Both the position numbers and the translations under genes were made by a program. The notes beneath the pieces were generated by a model. It was not told the DNA's origin, searched no databases, and was given only the letters and a program-made list of their open reading frames with translations. Positions 1-12,167 of a stretch of DNA of 64,000 nt are shown piece after piece (the stretch's first letter is position 1; each line of letters begins with the position of its first letter). The stretch is from Callorhinchus milii. Its lineage: Eukaryota. The stretch lies in contig NW_024704743.1 of assembly GCF_018977255.1 (NCBI RefSeq), forward strand, positions 68,078,001-68,142,000, given 5' to 3'.

Positions 1-1270
1 AAGCTTCCCCTCATTCCTACTCTCCAGCTATCGCCCTATCTCCAACCTCCCATTCCTCTCCAAGGCACTGGAATGAGTCATTGTGTCCCAGCTTCGCTCT
101 TTCCATTCCCTCTCTGAACTCTTCCAATCAGTTTCTGTGCTGCCCACAGTACAGAAACAGCCCAGATCAAAGTCACTAACAACATTCTGAACATCTGTGA
201 CCAGGGCTCTCTCTGCTTCCTTTTCCTCCTCGACCTCTCTGCTGCTTTCGTCACTGTCAACCATTCCATCCTGCTACAACACCTCTCCTCTCGGCTCAAT
301 CTTCACGGATTTGCCCTTGCCTGGTTCGCATCCTCTACCTCTCCCACCATCTCCACTTTGTCGCCAGTAACGACCTCTCCTCCAGCACCGTCACCTGTGG
401 AGTCCCTCAGGGGTCTGTCCTTGGCCCTCTCCTTTTCAATACCTATATGCTCCCTCTTGGTGACATCATCTGAAGACATGGGGTCAACTTCTACTTGTAT
501 GCAGATGACACCCAACTCTATCTCTCTGCCTCCACTCTCGACTCCAGGACCATTTTGGTCCTGACAGATGTATGTTGGATATCAAGTCCTGGATGAGAGC
601 TAACTTATTGCAGTTGAATGTCCAAGGCCCTCCTGCTTGGCTCCGTCAGCGCCTCCACACCTCAGTTACTGATAGAATCTCCCTCCGTGGATGCACACTG
701 CATCTCACGGAGCCAATATGGAACCTCGGCGTCCTGTTCAACCCTCAACTGTCCTTCATACCCCACATCCTTGCCATGACCCGCTCCACCTTTCCCCACT
801 CCGCAACAACACTCCGCTCCATCATTGTCTCACACAGGAGCCCACCAAGACTCTCATACATGCATTCATAACATCCAGGCTCAACTACGCAAACTCCCTG
901 CTTGTCAGCCTCCCCAACTCCTCCCTCCTTAGGCTGCAGATCAGCCAGAACTTTGCGGCCTGTATTCTCTCCTGCTTCATGTCCCCTGCCTCGCTCACCC
1001 GACCATTGGCAGGAGGGCCTTCGGCCACTTTGCCCCCACCCTCTGGAACTCCATCCGCAGTCTCTCCACTATGCCCCCCACTTGCCTTCTTCAAGACCCT
1101 TCTCAAGACCCTCGTCTTCGACCATGCCTTCGGTCACCGTCCTTCTACTCCTGCCCTCCAACCTACCCAATTCTGACCCCCAGCTTGGGTCCAAAACACT
1201 GATTGTCCAGCGCCTTGGGACATCCGCCCATCATGAAAGGCGCTATACAAATATAATTTTGTTATTATTG
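1..1270 (+). mobile_element. L2 LINE (family A) 3' half, frameshifted, with an internal deletion near 975
   Basis: Degenerate RT motifs ([12 protein letters not shown] at 28, [10 protein letters not shown] at ~399, YADDTQLY at ~498), LIHAFITSRLNY, and an L2 tail (cagcgccttgggacatcc...aaaggcgctatacaaat, TTG/TTA-rich end). Confidence 0.93.
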
Positions 1271-1599
1271 TGTACGAAATGCTAGAATTTAACCATATCA
1301 ATCTTTTCATTGTAACCTTAAAATCCTCTCGGCTTTTCAGAAGAATTTACTTTAAAAATAGTAAATGCACCTGAAGCAAACAGGTGAACTTTCTGTGATG
1401 CCCTGCCATTTTCCCAAATTATCTAGACACAAAAAATTAAAGCAGGTGGTCCAACATCGAACCCCATCCAGCCACCATCCCCTTTCATTGAGGATAAAAT
1501 ACTGGAAGGGTGGGCCAGGAGTCTTTCATGGGATTTGGGAACATAGATGTTGGCTGCATCCCATGAAGCAGTATTAAAACACTAAATTCTACATTCACA

Positions 1600-1925
1600 G
1601 TCTAGGCTGACACTCCAGTGCAGTGTATAGGGAATACTACATTGTAGGAGGTGATGTCATTTGGGTAAGACCTTAAATCAAGATTCTGTCTGCTGGTCAG
1701 TGGACATTAGCGATCCAAAGTAACTACTCAAAAAAAGAACCACAGTACCACTTAAAAAGAGAAGGGAGTTTCTCTTGGTGACCTGGCTGACAAACTTGCA
1801 GATAACATTGACTGCCACATTTGCCTGCAAATGAACAGTCACTACACTTCCAGTCAAATCCTGCGAAGCTCTCTGAGACATCTCAATGACATGACTCGAG
1901 GATTACATCAAATGCAAGGAGTACG
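1600..1925 (+). mobile_element. Old Deu-type SINE remnant
   Basis: aggctgacactccagtgcagt... body followed by the shared 3' half (ttgactgcc...cagtcactacactt...tcaaatgcaagg) seen in other SINEs here. Confidence 0.65.
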
Positions 1926-4619
1926 GTTATTATATAAGAGCCAACAGCAATGGCTGCGCTGAAATCTTCTACTCAAACATGGGGGGCAAGATTACATCCA
2001 TAGCAAGTCTTGTGTTATTGACTGGAAATTGTGGTGATTTTTTTGTTAGATTCAATAACACATTGGACTTGTAACAAATATTTTAATTTTCACCTCTATC
2101 GATGAGAAATTCTACCTGTGTCTAGATTAACTACTTATGTGCCATTTCAGAAAAACTGCTTTAAATTTAAGGCTGTATTGAGGAATTTGTCAAATTCTCC
2201 ATACTCTAGAATGCTTCATAAATTAAGTCTAGAGACAAGTTGAATTTCTCCCCAAATGTTTCTAAATTCTAACATGTCATGATAACCATTTTAGTTCACT
2301 ATCATTGTTGACTACTACAATCTCTGCATATTAACTCCCTTGTACATTTGAAGATTGTATTTCTCTGTGGAGAGCGAAATGACTTCAGAGGAGAGGTTAA
2401 AGATATATGGTGCAGATTATATCTTATGATTGACAGATCGCTGCTGAGACTACCCATCATGTCAAGGCCTTGCACAATTTTATTTGGGATACACTGAATG
2501 TTGTTATTGATGTGGCTGAGATTAGACAGGGTGGTATAACTTACCTCTTCACAACCTTCCTTTAGCAATCATGACAAACCTCTTTTAATAACACCAACCC
2601 TGCCCACAGAGCTGCATGGAGAGTTGATATAATATCTGATAATACAGTGCAGTACAGTATGATGAAAATCCCTGGACTCCAATGCAACTCCTGCATATAA
2701 CTCAGAAATGAACTCCTGTGGAATGCTCATGTTTTGAACTGTTACTTTCTGGAAATGATCATTGATATATATGTATCCTATGTTTATCCACAAATGCATG
2801 GTCACTACGTAAAAAGCAGCTTGATGGGTGTTCTAGAGGGATGTGATCAAATGGTCTGAAGCGCCTTCTTCATCCACACAATCTTGCGATCTACAATTTA
2901 CACTAAAATCCTGTGAGCGCTTTTAGAAGTTTAACTAAAATGATAAAGACTTACATTGCATGCAAGAATTATTGTTACCATTATTACTGCCCCTCCATAT
3001 TGCACAAATTCATCTATAACTTGCATTTATATAGTACTCTTTATGCAGGGTAGCACCTCAGAGCGCTGAACAGTTTCGGAGCTTGACTCTGAGCCAGGGA
3101 GAGAGGAGAAGTCATTGTAGCCACGGTTGAAGAGGAAGGTGTATATTATCAGTGTGTCACAAGGCCCTCATACTCTCATCACCAGGGTTAATGCAGTTAT
3201 GTCATTGCTGTTGTAAGCATTTTATCTTTATGTTTGGTTTTGATACATTTCCAGTTACATATATGGTGTTTGGGGAGATAATATACATTGGACTTCTCAC
3301 TACCACATGACATGGTGTGTTTAACATTGTTGTGCAAAGCCTTCTGGTGGCTTTAAACTGAAGAGATTTGTGGTTTATCCCAGCTTTTCTCCTGGCTTGA
3401 CAGTAGCTTTCTGATCCTTAGTTGTTTTCATGTGGTTGAATCACCTGCTGATCTCTTCCTGCCAGCTTTTATTTCCAGAGAATACAATCAACCACCAAGC
3501 AACTTCTTCCACGTTCTCTCTCCTTCTCTGGAGTTTGGTACATTCGTTCCTGCACTAAAGATAGAGCTGTACTCTGGGTTATTGTCTGTCTGCTATTCTG
3601 TGCTACACAGGAATTTCCATGTGTGGATGGCAAGCACAGAACACTCCATTTGGCTTGGATACTCTTATTTATGGTGATGGGTTTCCACATGTGCCAGAGC
3701 CCTGTCTGACTCAAAAATAATCTGTGCTATTCTCTGTCCAGGGTCAAATCAAATGCAAGGAAATTACAAATGCTGCAACCTCCATCCCCTGACCTGCAAA
3801 TTACAGCTTCTGTATTGTGTAACATTTTCTGATTAGTTCTCGTAGCACAATCGAATGCTTAGTTACTTGTAAGAGACAAGTATTGTTTACCTGTTTGTTG
3901 AAGCACTTAATATTAAGCATTGTTGATGCTGCTGAAAGGGTTAAAACCCACAGGGGCCACACGTGGAATCTAGATGGGCACAGGGGTGTTAGTGTCACAG
4001 TTTCGTCTGCAATACCTTAACAAAAAATAATGTGAACATTTAGCCCTGGGTGCAAACAACTATGAGAAAAATGAAATTTTAATGTTGTTAGATATGAATA
4101 AACAGTCATGCAAAAGCCAGAGGATATATTCTAAAATGTCAATAGCTAGCAAAAGCAGACACATCCTGGGGCTACTCTGAATGAAAGTGAAACAAACAGG
4201 AGAATAACGTTCACAGCTAGTTTGTCATGTAGTTTTCCAAATTATCAAAACTTCAGCCAGGGTAAAGTGCTGAAATGCATTTGTACTATGTGACTCGTAT
4301 ATAACATGCAAATGTGTGATGATGGGGAGAATCACTGATACCTTTCATTGTAAAATTAGAAAACAATACAATGAGTTACAGATATTGTATCTTTTTGCTG
4401 GTTGCTGACAACATAAACAAGTTGACCCATAATTACTTTTGGATACATGTGTTTACATAGAGTTCATACTCCTCATAGAATACAGTTCGTCTACAGATAT
4501 GCCCCCAAATTCTATCTAGTCGTCACCTTCAAGACTCCTTTGTCTTAAAATATAAGAATCTGCAGAATTCTGCAAATGCTTACATTCAGTCTTTATTTTA
4601 GAGGAGTGGTTCTTTTTGA

Positions 4620-4853
4620 CTCCCACCCTCTGGAACTCCATGCCACAGTCCCTCGACCTCCCTTGCCTCCTTCAAGACCCGTCTCAAGATTCTCCTCTTC
4701 GACCGTGCCTTCGGTCATCCTCCTATTCCTACTATCCCTGACCCCCACCCCTCCTGATCCCAATCACCACCTCTGGCGCAGTTCCCTGACTGTCCAGCAC
4801 CTTGGGACATCCTCCTGATGTGAAAGGCTCTATACAAATGTAATTTGTTGTTT
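4620..4853 (+). mobile_element. L2 LINE 3' end fragment
   Basis: ctctggaactcc...ttcgaccgtgccttcggtca, 3' UTR and tail stem-loop; homologous to 1040-1270. Confidence 0.85.
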
Positions 4854-4968
4854 TTAAGAATTGCAGAAAATTGGCTTCCAAATTACAATTGAAATTAAGA
4901 ATGATCATAAAGGTTAAGACTCAATGCCCTCACAGATAAGACTCGGGAGAATTCTGGGCCCATGGTTT

Positions 4969-6895
4969 ACAACAACAACAACAACAAGATTCCATTTATA
5001 AAGCGCCTTTCACGTCAGGAGGACGTCCCAAGGCGCTGCACAGTTGGGTCATGACCCGAGCAGGAGGGAAATGGTCAGGGTGAGGGGAGGGAAGGGAGGG
5101 AGCGAGGAGGGGGTAGAGAGTCGAGAGGGGAGCTGAAGGCTCGGTCAAAGAGAAAGCTTTTGAGACCGGCCTTGAAGGAGGAAAGGGAGGAGGCGGCGAA
5201 GGCACTGGGGGATGGAGTTCCAGAGCCTGGGGGCTGAGAGGCTGAAGGCCCGACCACCGATGGTAGGGCGGTTGGGGCGGGGGACGTGGAGCAGACCAGA
5301 GCCAGAGGAACGGAGGGTACGGGCAGGTAGGTAGGGGGATAGTAGGTCAGAGAGGTAGGAGGGAGCAAGGCCGTGAATGGCCTTGTAGGTGAGGATGAGG
5401 ATCTTGAAATCAATCCTCTGGGGGATGGGGAGCCAGTGGAGGCGAGCGAGGGTGGGAGTGATGTGGTCGCGAAGCCTGGTGCGGGACAGTACACGAGCTG
5501 CAGAGTTCTGAATGACCTGCAGCTTGTGGAGGGAGGTGGCGGGAAGGCCGGCGAGGAGAGAGTTCCCATAGTCCAGCCTTGAGGTGACAAAGGCGTGAAC
5601 CAGGGTTTCAGCAGCGTGAGGGGTGAGGTAGTGCCGTAGTCTGGCGATGTTCCGGAGGTGATGGAAGGCGGTGCCAGTTGTGGTGCGGATGTGAGGGAGA
5701 AAGGACAGCTCAGGGTCGAACAAAACGCCGAGGTTCCTGACTGGCTTTGAGAGGTGGAGAGTGCAGCCTTGGATGCTGATGGTGTCAGCGCCTGAGGTGC
5801 GGAGGCGCTGACGTGAGCCAATCAGGAGGGCCTCGGTTTTTCGCACGTTGAGCTGAAGAAAGTTGTCTCTCGTCCAGGACTCGATGTCGGACAGGCAGGC
5901 TGTCAGGACATCGGTGGTCGTGGAGTTGAGAGTAGAGGAGGAAAGGTAGAGTTGGGTGTCATCCGCATACATGTGGAAGTTAACTCCATGTCTGCGGATG
6001 ATGTCACCGAGGGGGAGCATATAGAGGGTGAAGAGGAGGGGACCGAGGACAGAGCCCTGAGGGACACCACATGAGACAGTACGGGGGGTGGAGGAGAAGC
6101 CATTCGTCGAGACAAAGTGAAGACGGTGAGAAAGGTACGACCTAAACCATTCAAGGACAGTGCCTTGAAGGTTGAGGTGGGAGGACAAGCGGTGGAGTAG
6201 GATAGCGTGGTCGACCGTATCGAATGCTGCCGATAGGTCGAGGAGGACGAGGAGACAGAGGGAGCCCTGGTCACAGATGGTCAGGATATCATTGGTGACC
6301 TTGACCAGGGCAGTTTCTGTGCTATGGGCAGCACGGAAACCTGACTGAAGGGGTTCGAAAAGAGAATGGGTGGAAAGGAAAGAGCGCAGTTGGGAGGCGA
6401 CAACTCTTTCCAAGACCTTGGAGAGAAAGGGGAGGTTGGAGATGGGCCGGTAGCTTGATAGCTGCGACGCATCAAGGGAGGGTTTTTTCAGGGTGGGCGT
6501 GATGATGGCAGTTTTTAATGGAATGGGGACAGAGCCAGAGGAGAGGGACAGGTTGATGATGTCAGTGATATGTGGGGCAAGAAAGTGGAGCTGGGAGATA
6601 AGGAGTGGAGTGGGGATGGGGTCAAGGGAGCAGGTGGTTGGTTTTAGGGATAGGATGAGTTCAGTGACAGAGGGTGGGGAAACGGGTACGAAGGTGTGTA
6701 GGGGAGGATGGGTAGGAGTCGGAGTGTGGGAGGGAAGGGGTGGGTGGTGGGTGGAAGTTGGAGGGGAAGTGACCGCGGAGCGGATTCCCTTGATCTTGGA
6801 TTCAAGGAAATCCAGCATCTCCTCGCAGTGAAGGTTGGAGGAGATGACCTGCGCGGGGTGGCGGGGGGGACGGAGGAGTCGGGTTGTGGTGGAAC
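4969..6895 (-). mobile_element. Young 5'-truncated L2 LINE (family A)
   Basis: Long RT ORF, 3' UTR, tail stem-loop at 5002-5037 and (TTG)n tail at 4969-4988; no endonuclease domain. Confidence 0.97.
5145..6895 (-). pseudogene. L2 ORF2 fragment: open reverse transcriptase domain, no APE domain, apparent 2-nt deletion frameshift near the C-terminus
   Basis: 606-aa ORF with [47 protein letters not shown] and YADDTQLY. The first ~25 codons lie in flanking DNA. The ancestral ending [11 protein letters not shown] is in another frame. Confidence 0.93.
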
Positions 6896-7376
6896 ATACA
6901 TAACTCACGTAACAGAGTGTTATCTTCTCAAACCCTAGCCTTCGTGTGCATAAGTTTAAAGACAAAGGTTAGCGTATCTGGTGTGCTGGAATGCTATTTG
7001 TGACAATGGGCAGTGTATAGCTTGCCTATTGCTACACCAGAATAACTTCATCATGTCTTTCTGTAGTCCCAACAAAGGTCAAATGCATGAACCATTTCCT
7101 CTTCTTGCAGTTGTCGCCGCATGTATCTTGTTTCACACCACTTAAAATGACAAAAGCGACATATATACATATAATAAATTATAAACAGTGTTCAGCAGTG
7201 AAGATCAGTTGTTAATCATTTGTAGAATAGCCGCAAATGGCTTCAAATTGATAGTTTCAATCTGGTATGTCTGTGATCACATTCCCCAACTTGCAAGTGC
7301 CATTACTTGTTATAATATCCTTCACATTGTAGCAGAGTAGTGCTCACTGTTAAGTGTGCGTTTAGTGAATGGCATT

Positions 7377-7555
7377 GATCATAGAATCATTGAATCATAG
7401 AATTATACAGCACAGAAGGCGGCCATTTGGCTCATTGTGTCTGTGCCGGTTCTTTGAAAAGAGCTATCCAATTCAATCCCACTCCCCCGCTTTCTCCCCA
7501 TAGACCTGTAAACTTGTCCTCTCCAAATAATTATCTACTCTCTTAAAAGTTGTTT
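7377..7555 (-). mobile_element. CR1 LINE 3' end
   Basis: Reverse of ...aatggccgccttctgtgctgtataattctatgattc; homologous to 52170-52345. Confidence 0.8.
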
Positions 7556-8829
7556 TAAGAGAGATGATTCAAGTTGTTTCAAGAATGCAAAGTATTTTTG
7601 GGACACAAAGCTATTCTCAAATACAAACCTTCTTTCTAAAAAGGGTGAATTAAAATTTGACTATGTTATTGACACCAGCTGATTTATTAAGATAAAAGGA
7701 AACAACCATTTTGTGCTTCACAAATAAAGTGACACAGAAGAGAAAGAAAAACTAATCGGTAGAAGTTGAGATCCACATGGGGTCATTGAGAATCTAAAAG
7801 AGAGAGCTGAGTCAATATTTCAGACATGAACTTTCGTCATCAAGGGTTGTGCCCAAAACATCAGCCTGTCTTTTTCTTTTTATTGCCTTTCTCAGCATCT
7901 TTCACATGCTGGTTGTAGTGCGTGGTGCATTTCCTGGGTTTTCTGTTTTTTACTTTAAGGGAGTAACAACAACAACAACAAATTGTATTTATACAGTGCC
8001 CTCCACGCCGGACGGCATTTCAGAGTGCTTTACAGTCACGGATCTCGGGACTGAGCAAGGGGGAGGAAGGTGACCAAAGGCGCGGTCAAAAAGAAAGGTC
8101 TTCAGCAGAGACCTGAAAATGGGAAGGGAGGGAGCGAGACGAAGGGAGTGAGGAAGGGAGTTCCAGAGCCTCGGGGCATAGTGGCTGAAGGTACGGCCGC
8201 CGAGGGTGGAGAGGAGGACTCGGGGGAACGAAGGCAACAGGTACTATTTTAAGGAGAGAGGAGGTCAGAGAGGTAGGGGGGTGCAGAGGAGTGCAGGGAC
8301 TTGAATACAAGGGTGAGGATCTTGAAATCAATCCTCTCTGGGATAGGCAGCCGGTGCAGTCTGGCAAGGACTGGGGTGATCGGGGAGCGGAGTTTCTTGC
8401 GAGTGAGAATGTGGGCGGCAGAGTTTTGAATGATTTGGATTTTATGGATGGTAGTGGATGGGAGACCGGTGAGGAGGACGTTAGAGTAGTCCAGCCGAGA
8501 GGTGACAAAGGCATGGACCAGGGTTTCCGCGTTTTTTGGGGAGAGGTATTGGCGGAGACGGGCGATGCGTCGGAGGTGGTGGAAGGTGGTGCTGGTGAGG
8601 GACCGGATGTGGGGGAGGAAGGATAATTGAGGGTCGAACGTGACGCCTAGGTTGTGGACGGGTTCGGAGAGTTTTAAGGGGAGGTCGGGTAGGTGGAGGA
8701 GGTGAGAGCGTTGAAATTTTAGATGTGGATGAGAGCCGAAGAATATGGCTTCCGTCTTGTCAATGTTCGGCTGAAGGAAGTTTGCGCTCATCCAGCCTCT
8801 GAGATCTGACAGGCAGGCAGACAGCACAT

Positions 8830-9155
8830 ATAATAATAATAATAATAATCCTTGCATTTGATATAGCGCTTTTCACGTCGGGAGGACGTCCCAAAGCGCT
8901 TCACAGAACACACTGTAAAGTGAACTGACTGTATATTTATGGGCGAACGCGGCAGCCAATTGCGCACAGCAATGTCCCACAAACAGTCGTAGATTGAAAA
9001 TGACCAATTTATTATTGTTTTTGGTTTTGGAGGGAATATTATTAGGCTCTGTGTGGAGTGAGGAAACTTGCCCAAGGTTTCGCCCTCTGCCTGGAATTGA
9101 ACTCAGGTCTCTCGCTCGCAAAGCGAGTGCTCTAACCACTGAGCTGCAGGACTCC
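8830..9155 (-). mobile_element. tRNA-Ala-derived SINE, full length, short subfamily
   Basis: A box (agctcagtggttag), TGC anticodon-like loop, B box (gttcaattcc), body, L2-like tail and (TTA)n. Confidence 0.95.
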
Positions 9156-9159
9156 ACAA

Positions 9160-9370
9160 TGAGAGCGAGTGGGTGAGAAAGAGAGGACGAGAGCGTGAGA
9201 GATGGTGTGAGTGTGTGTGTGTGTATGTGACAGGCTGCGTGTGAGAAATAGAGTGTGTGTGAGAGTGTGAGCGTGTGTGTGAGAGTGTGAGCGTGTGAGA
9301 GAGAGTGTGAGCGTGTGAGAGAGAGTGTGAGCGTGTGAGAGAGAGAGAGAGGGAGGGAGGGAGGGAGGTA
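9160..9370. repeat. Compound GA/GT simple repeat
   Basis: (gagagtgtgagcgtgt)n, (ga)n and (ggga)n tracts. Confidence 0.9.
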
Positions 9371-11847
9371 GGGATAGGAATTGGGGTGTAATGCCTCTCA
9401 AACTCCAACGCTGTCACACAGCTTCAGTGCAGTAAATCCGCGCCCACACGTACACATGTCCGCGCCCGTAGTGTCAGATCCAGGCTGTGCTGGGGGGGGT
9501 TTGTGTGGCGTGGTGGTGGGGGGGGGGGGGAAGAGGACTGGGGGTCACAAAGAGAGGTGGAAAAATAGAGTTAGGTTTCATCTACATACATGTGAAAATG
9601 TACCCCATGTCTACGGATGACATCCCCAGGAGGGAGCATGTTGATCAGAAAGAGGAGGGGGCCAAGGATGGATGCTTGGGGTACCCCGCAGGTAACCGGG
9701 TGAGAGCGGGAGGAGAAGCCGTTTGTGCAGATGTACTGCTGGCGGTTTGTGAGATAGGACTCGAACCAGGCGAGTGTGGTCCCACTGAGGTGGATGACGG
9801 AGGAAAGGCGGTTGAGGAGGATGGCGTGATCGACTGTGAATTTCACAAGCGCAGTCTCTGTACTGTGGGCAGGGCGGAAACCGGACTGGAGGGGTTTGAA
9901 GAGGGAGTGAGAGGAGAGGTGTGCGCGAAGTTGGTTGGCAACAACCATTCTGGAACTTTTGAGAGGAAGGGCAGGTTAGAAATAGGGTGTTAGTGGCTGG
10001 GGTTTGAGGGATCAAGGGAGGGTTTTTTTAGGAGGGGGGTGATGACAGCAGTTTTGAGGGAGGCAGGAACTGATCCGGAGGAGAGGGACTGGTTCATGAC
10101 GTCAGCCAGTAGTGGGCAGAGGAGGGGGAGCTGAGTGACCAGCAAGTTGGTGGGGAGGGAGTCGAGGCAGCAGGTGATGGGTTTCATGGAGGTGATGGTG
10201 GGTGTGAGGGAGGAGGGAGAGATGGGGAGGAAGGAATGTAGAGTCGGGTGGTGGTAGGAGCGGATGATGAGGAAGGTGAGGGGGACAGAGAGGGTGTGGA
10301 GGTGGGTGACAAGGGGCAGGTGGATGAGGCTGCCTGGCGGATGTTAAGTATTTTAGAAGAAAAGAAGTCCATGACCTCCTCGCACTCGGCATTTGATACA
10401 AAGATTGAGGAGGCCTGAGGGGGGCACGGAGGAGTAGTGGGTAGTGGAAAAAAGGATATTAGGGTTGTGTTTAGCCTCCAAGATGATGTTGGAGTAGAAG
10501 ACAGTTTTTGCACGAGTCAAAGAACGGCAGTAGCTGTGGAGATGCTCGAGCCACAGTTGGGCCAGTTTTCCACCATCTGCGCTTGAGCAGACAGGTTTGG
10601 GTTTTTTGGCGGTGGAGATTGTTGTTGTACCAGGGGGATTGGGTGGGTTTGGAGATGTTCCTAGATTTCAGGGGCACGAGGGAGTTGAAGGTGGAGGAGC
10701 GGCGATCATGGAGCAGCTGGACGCCTGCTTCAGGATTTCCATGGGTGGAGGGCCAGAGGGATAGGATATTTGATGATGAGAGGGCCTTTGTGAGGGTCTC
10801 AGGGGGTAGCCTTTTCCAAGGGCGGTAGAGGATGGTTGAAGGCTTGGTGGAGGAGAGAGGGATGTGAGAGGAGAAGGAGATTAAAAATTGGTCCGTGATG
10901 GCCTTGTCCACTTTGCTGAGGTCGGAAATGTCAAGGCCATGGGTGATGACGAGGTCAAGGGCATGACCACGGTTGTGGGTGTGTGAATTTATATGGAGGG
11001 TAAGGTTTAGGGAGGAGAGGAGGGCAGTGAAATCGCCAGAAGTGGTGCAAGGGGAGTTTAGGTGGAGGTTGAAAGTGCCCATTATGAGTAGACGCTCGGA
11101 GCAGAGGGACATGGAAGAGAGGAGAGTAGAGATGTCTGTGTGGAAGGAGCCAGAGGGTTTGGGGGGGCAGTAGACAAGGAGGATTTTCAAAGGGATAGTG
11201 GGGTGAAAGAGGGTGATGTGTTCGAAGGAGAAGAAGCAACCAGAGGAGTAGGGGGTGAGACCAAGGGAGGCTTTGGAAATGATGGCCACCCCGCCACCGT
11301 GTTGGTTTGGACGGGGGATGTGGTGGAAGGTGTAGCCTGGAGGGGAGGCTTCCACTAGGGGGACGGGGTCATTGGAGGAGAGACAGGATTTGGTGAGTCC
11401 AAGAATGTGAAGGTGCTCGTCCAGGATGAAGTCGTGGATGGTGAGGGCTTTATTTGAGAGGGAGCGGACATTTTGGAGGGAAATGCGGGTGCGTTTGCAG
11501 GAGGGAGAGGAGAGAGGAGAGAGTGGTGTGGAGATTTTGGGTTGTGCAGGAGAGATGGTTGTGGAGAACGGTGTGAGTGGAGAGTTGGGGCGGGTACGTA
11601 TGAGAGAGGGGGAAGTAGGATTTGTCTTAAGGAGGCGGTTTGAGCAGAGGAAGTGAATTATTGGACACGTGGGGTTGCTGCTCTGGGACAGCCAGTGCCA
11701 GGAGCCATGATGGGCCCGGCGGAGGATGCCCGGGCTGGAGCAGAGGGAAGTGGTGATAGGGTCGAGGAGAGAGAGAAGACGGGGAGGGCGGTAGGAGAGA
11801 AGGACAGAGTGTGAGTAGTGGATAGAGGGGGTGGGAGGAGAGACATA

Positions 11848-12167
11848 GAGTCCTGTAGCTCAGTGGTTAGAGCACTCGCTTTGCAAGCGAGAGACCTGAG
11901 TTCAATTCCAGACAGGGCGAAACCTTGGGCAAGTTTCCTTACTCCACACGCCTAATAATAATCCCTCCAAAACAAAAAACAATAATAAATTGGTCATTTT
12001 CAATCTACGACTGTTTGTGGGACATTGCTGTGCGCAATTGGCTGCCGCGTTCGCCCACAAATATACAGTCAATTCACTTTACAGTGTGTTCTGTGAAGCG
12101 CTTTGGGATGTCCTCCCGACGTGAAAAGCGCTATATCAAATGCAAGGATTATTATTATTATTATTAT
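11848..12167 (+). mobile_element. tRNA-Ala-derived SINE, full length, inserted in the L2 5' region
   Basis: Same structure as 8830-9155; atagag is duplicated at 11845-11850 and 12166-12171 (probable TSD). Confidence 0.95.

Noticed and set aside
2545..2748. Minus-strand exon-like intervals (also 30679-30938 and 56876-56958)
   Set aside because: The splice signals are plausible but no frame stays open across the interval; such intervals are expected by chance, although a non-coding transcript cannot be excluded.
8788..9157. Recurrent small ORFs (WSFSIYDCLWDIAVRNWLPRSP...) resembling a gene family
   Set aside because: They are translations of the non-coding SINE.
11848..11925. tRNA-Ala(TGC)-like sequence, also present at the other SINE heads
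   Set aside because: It lacks a proper acceptor stem and runs directly into the SINE body; it is a SINE head, not a tRNA gene.
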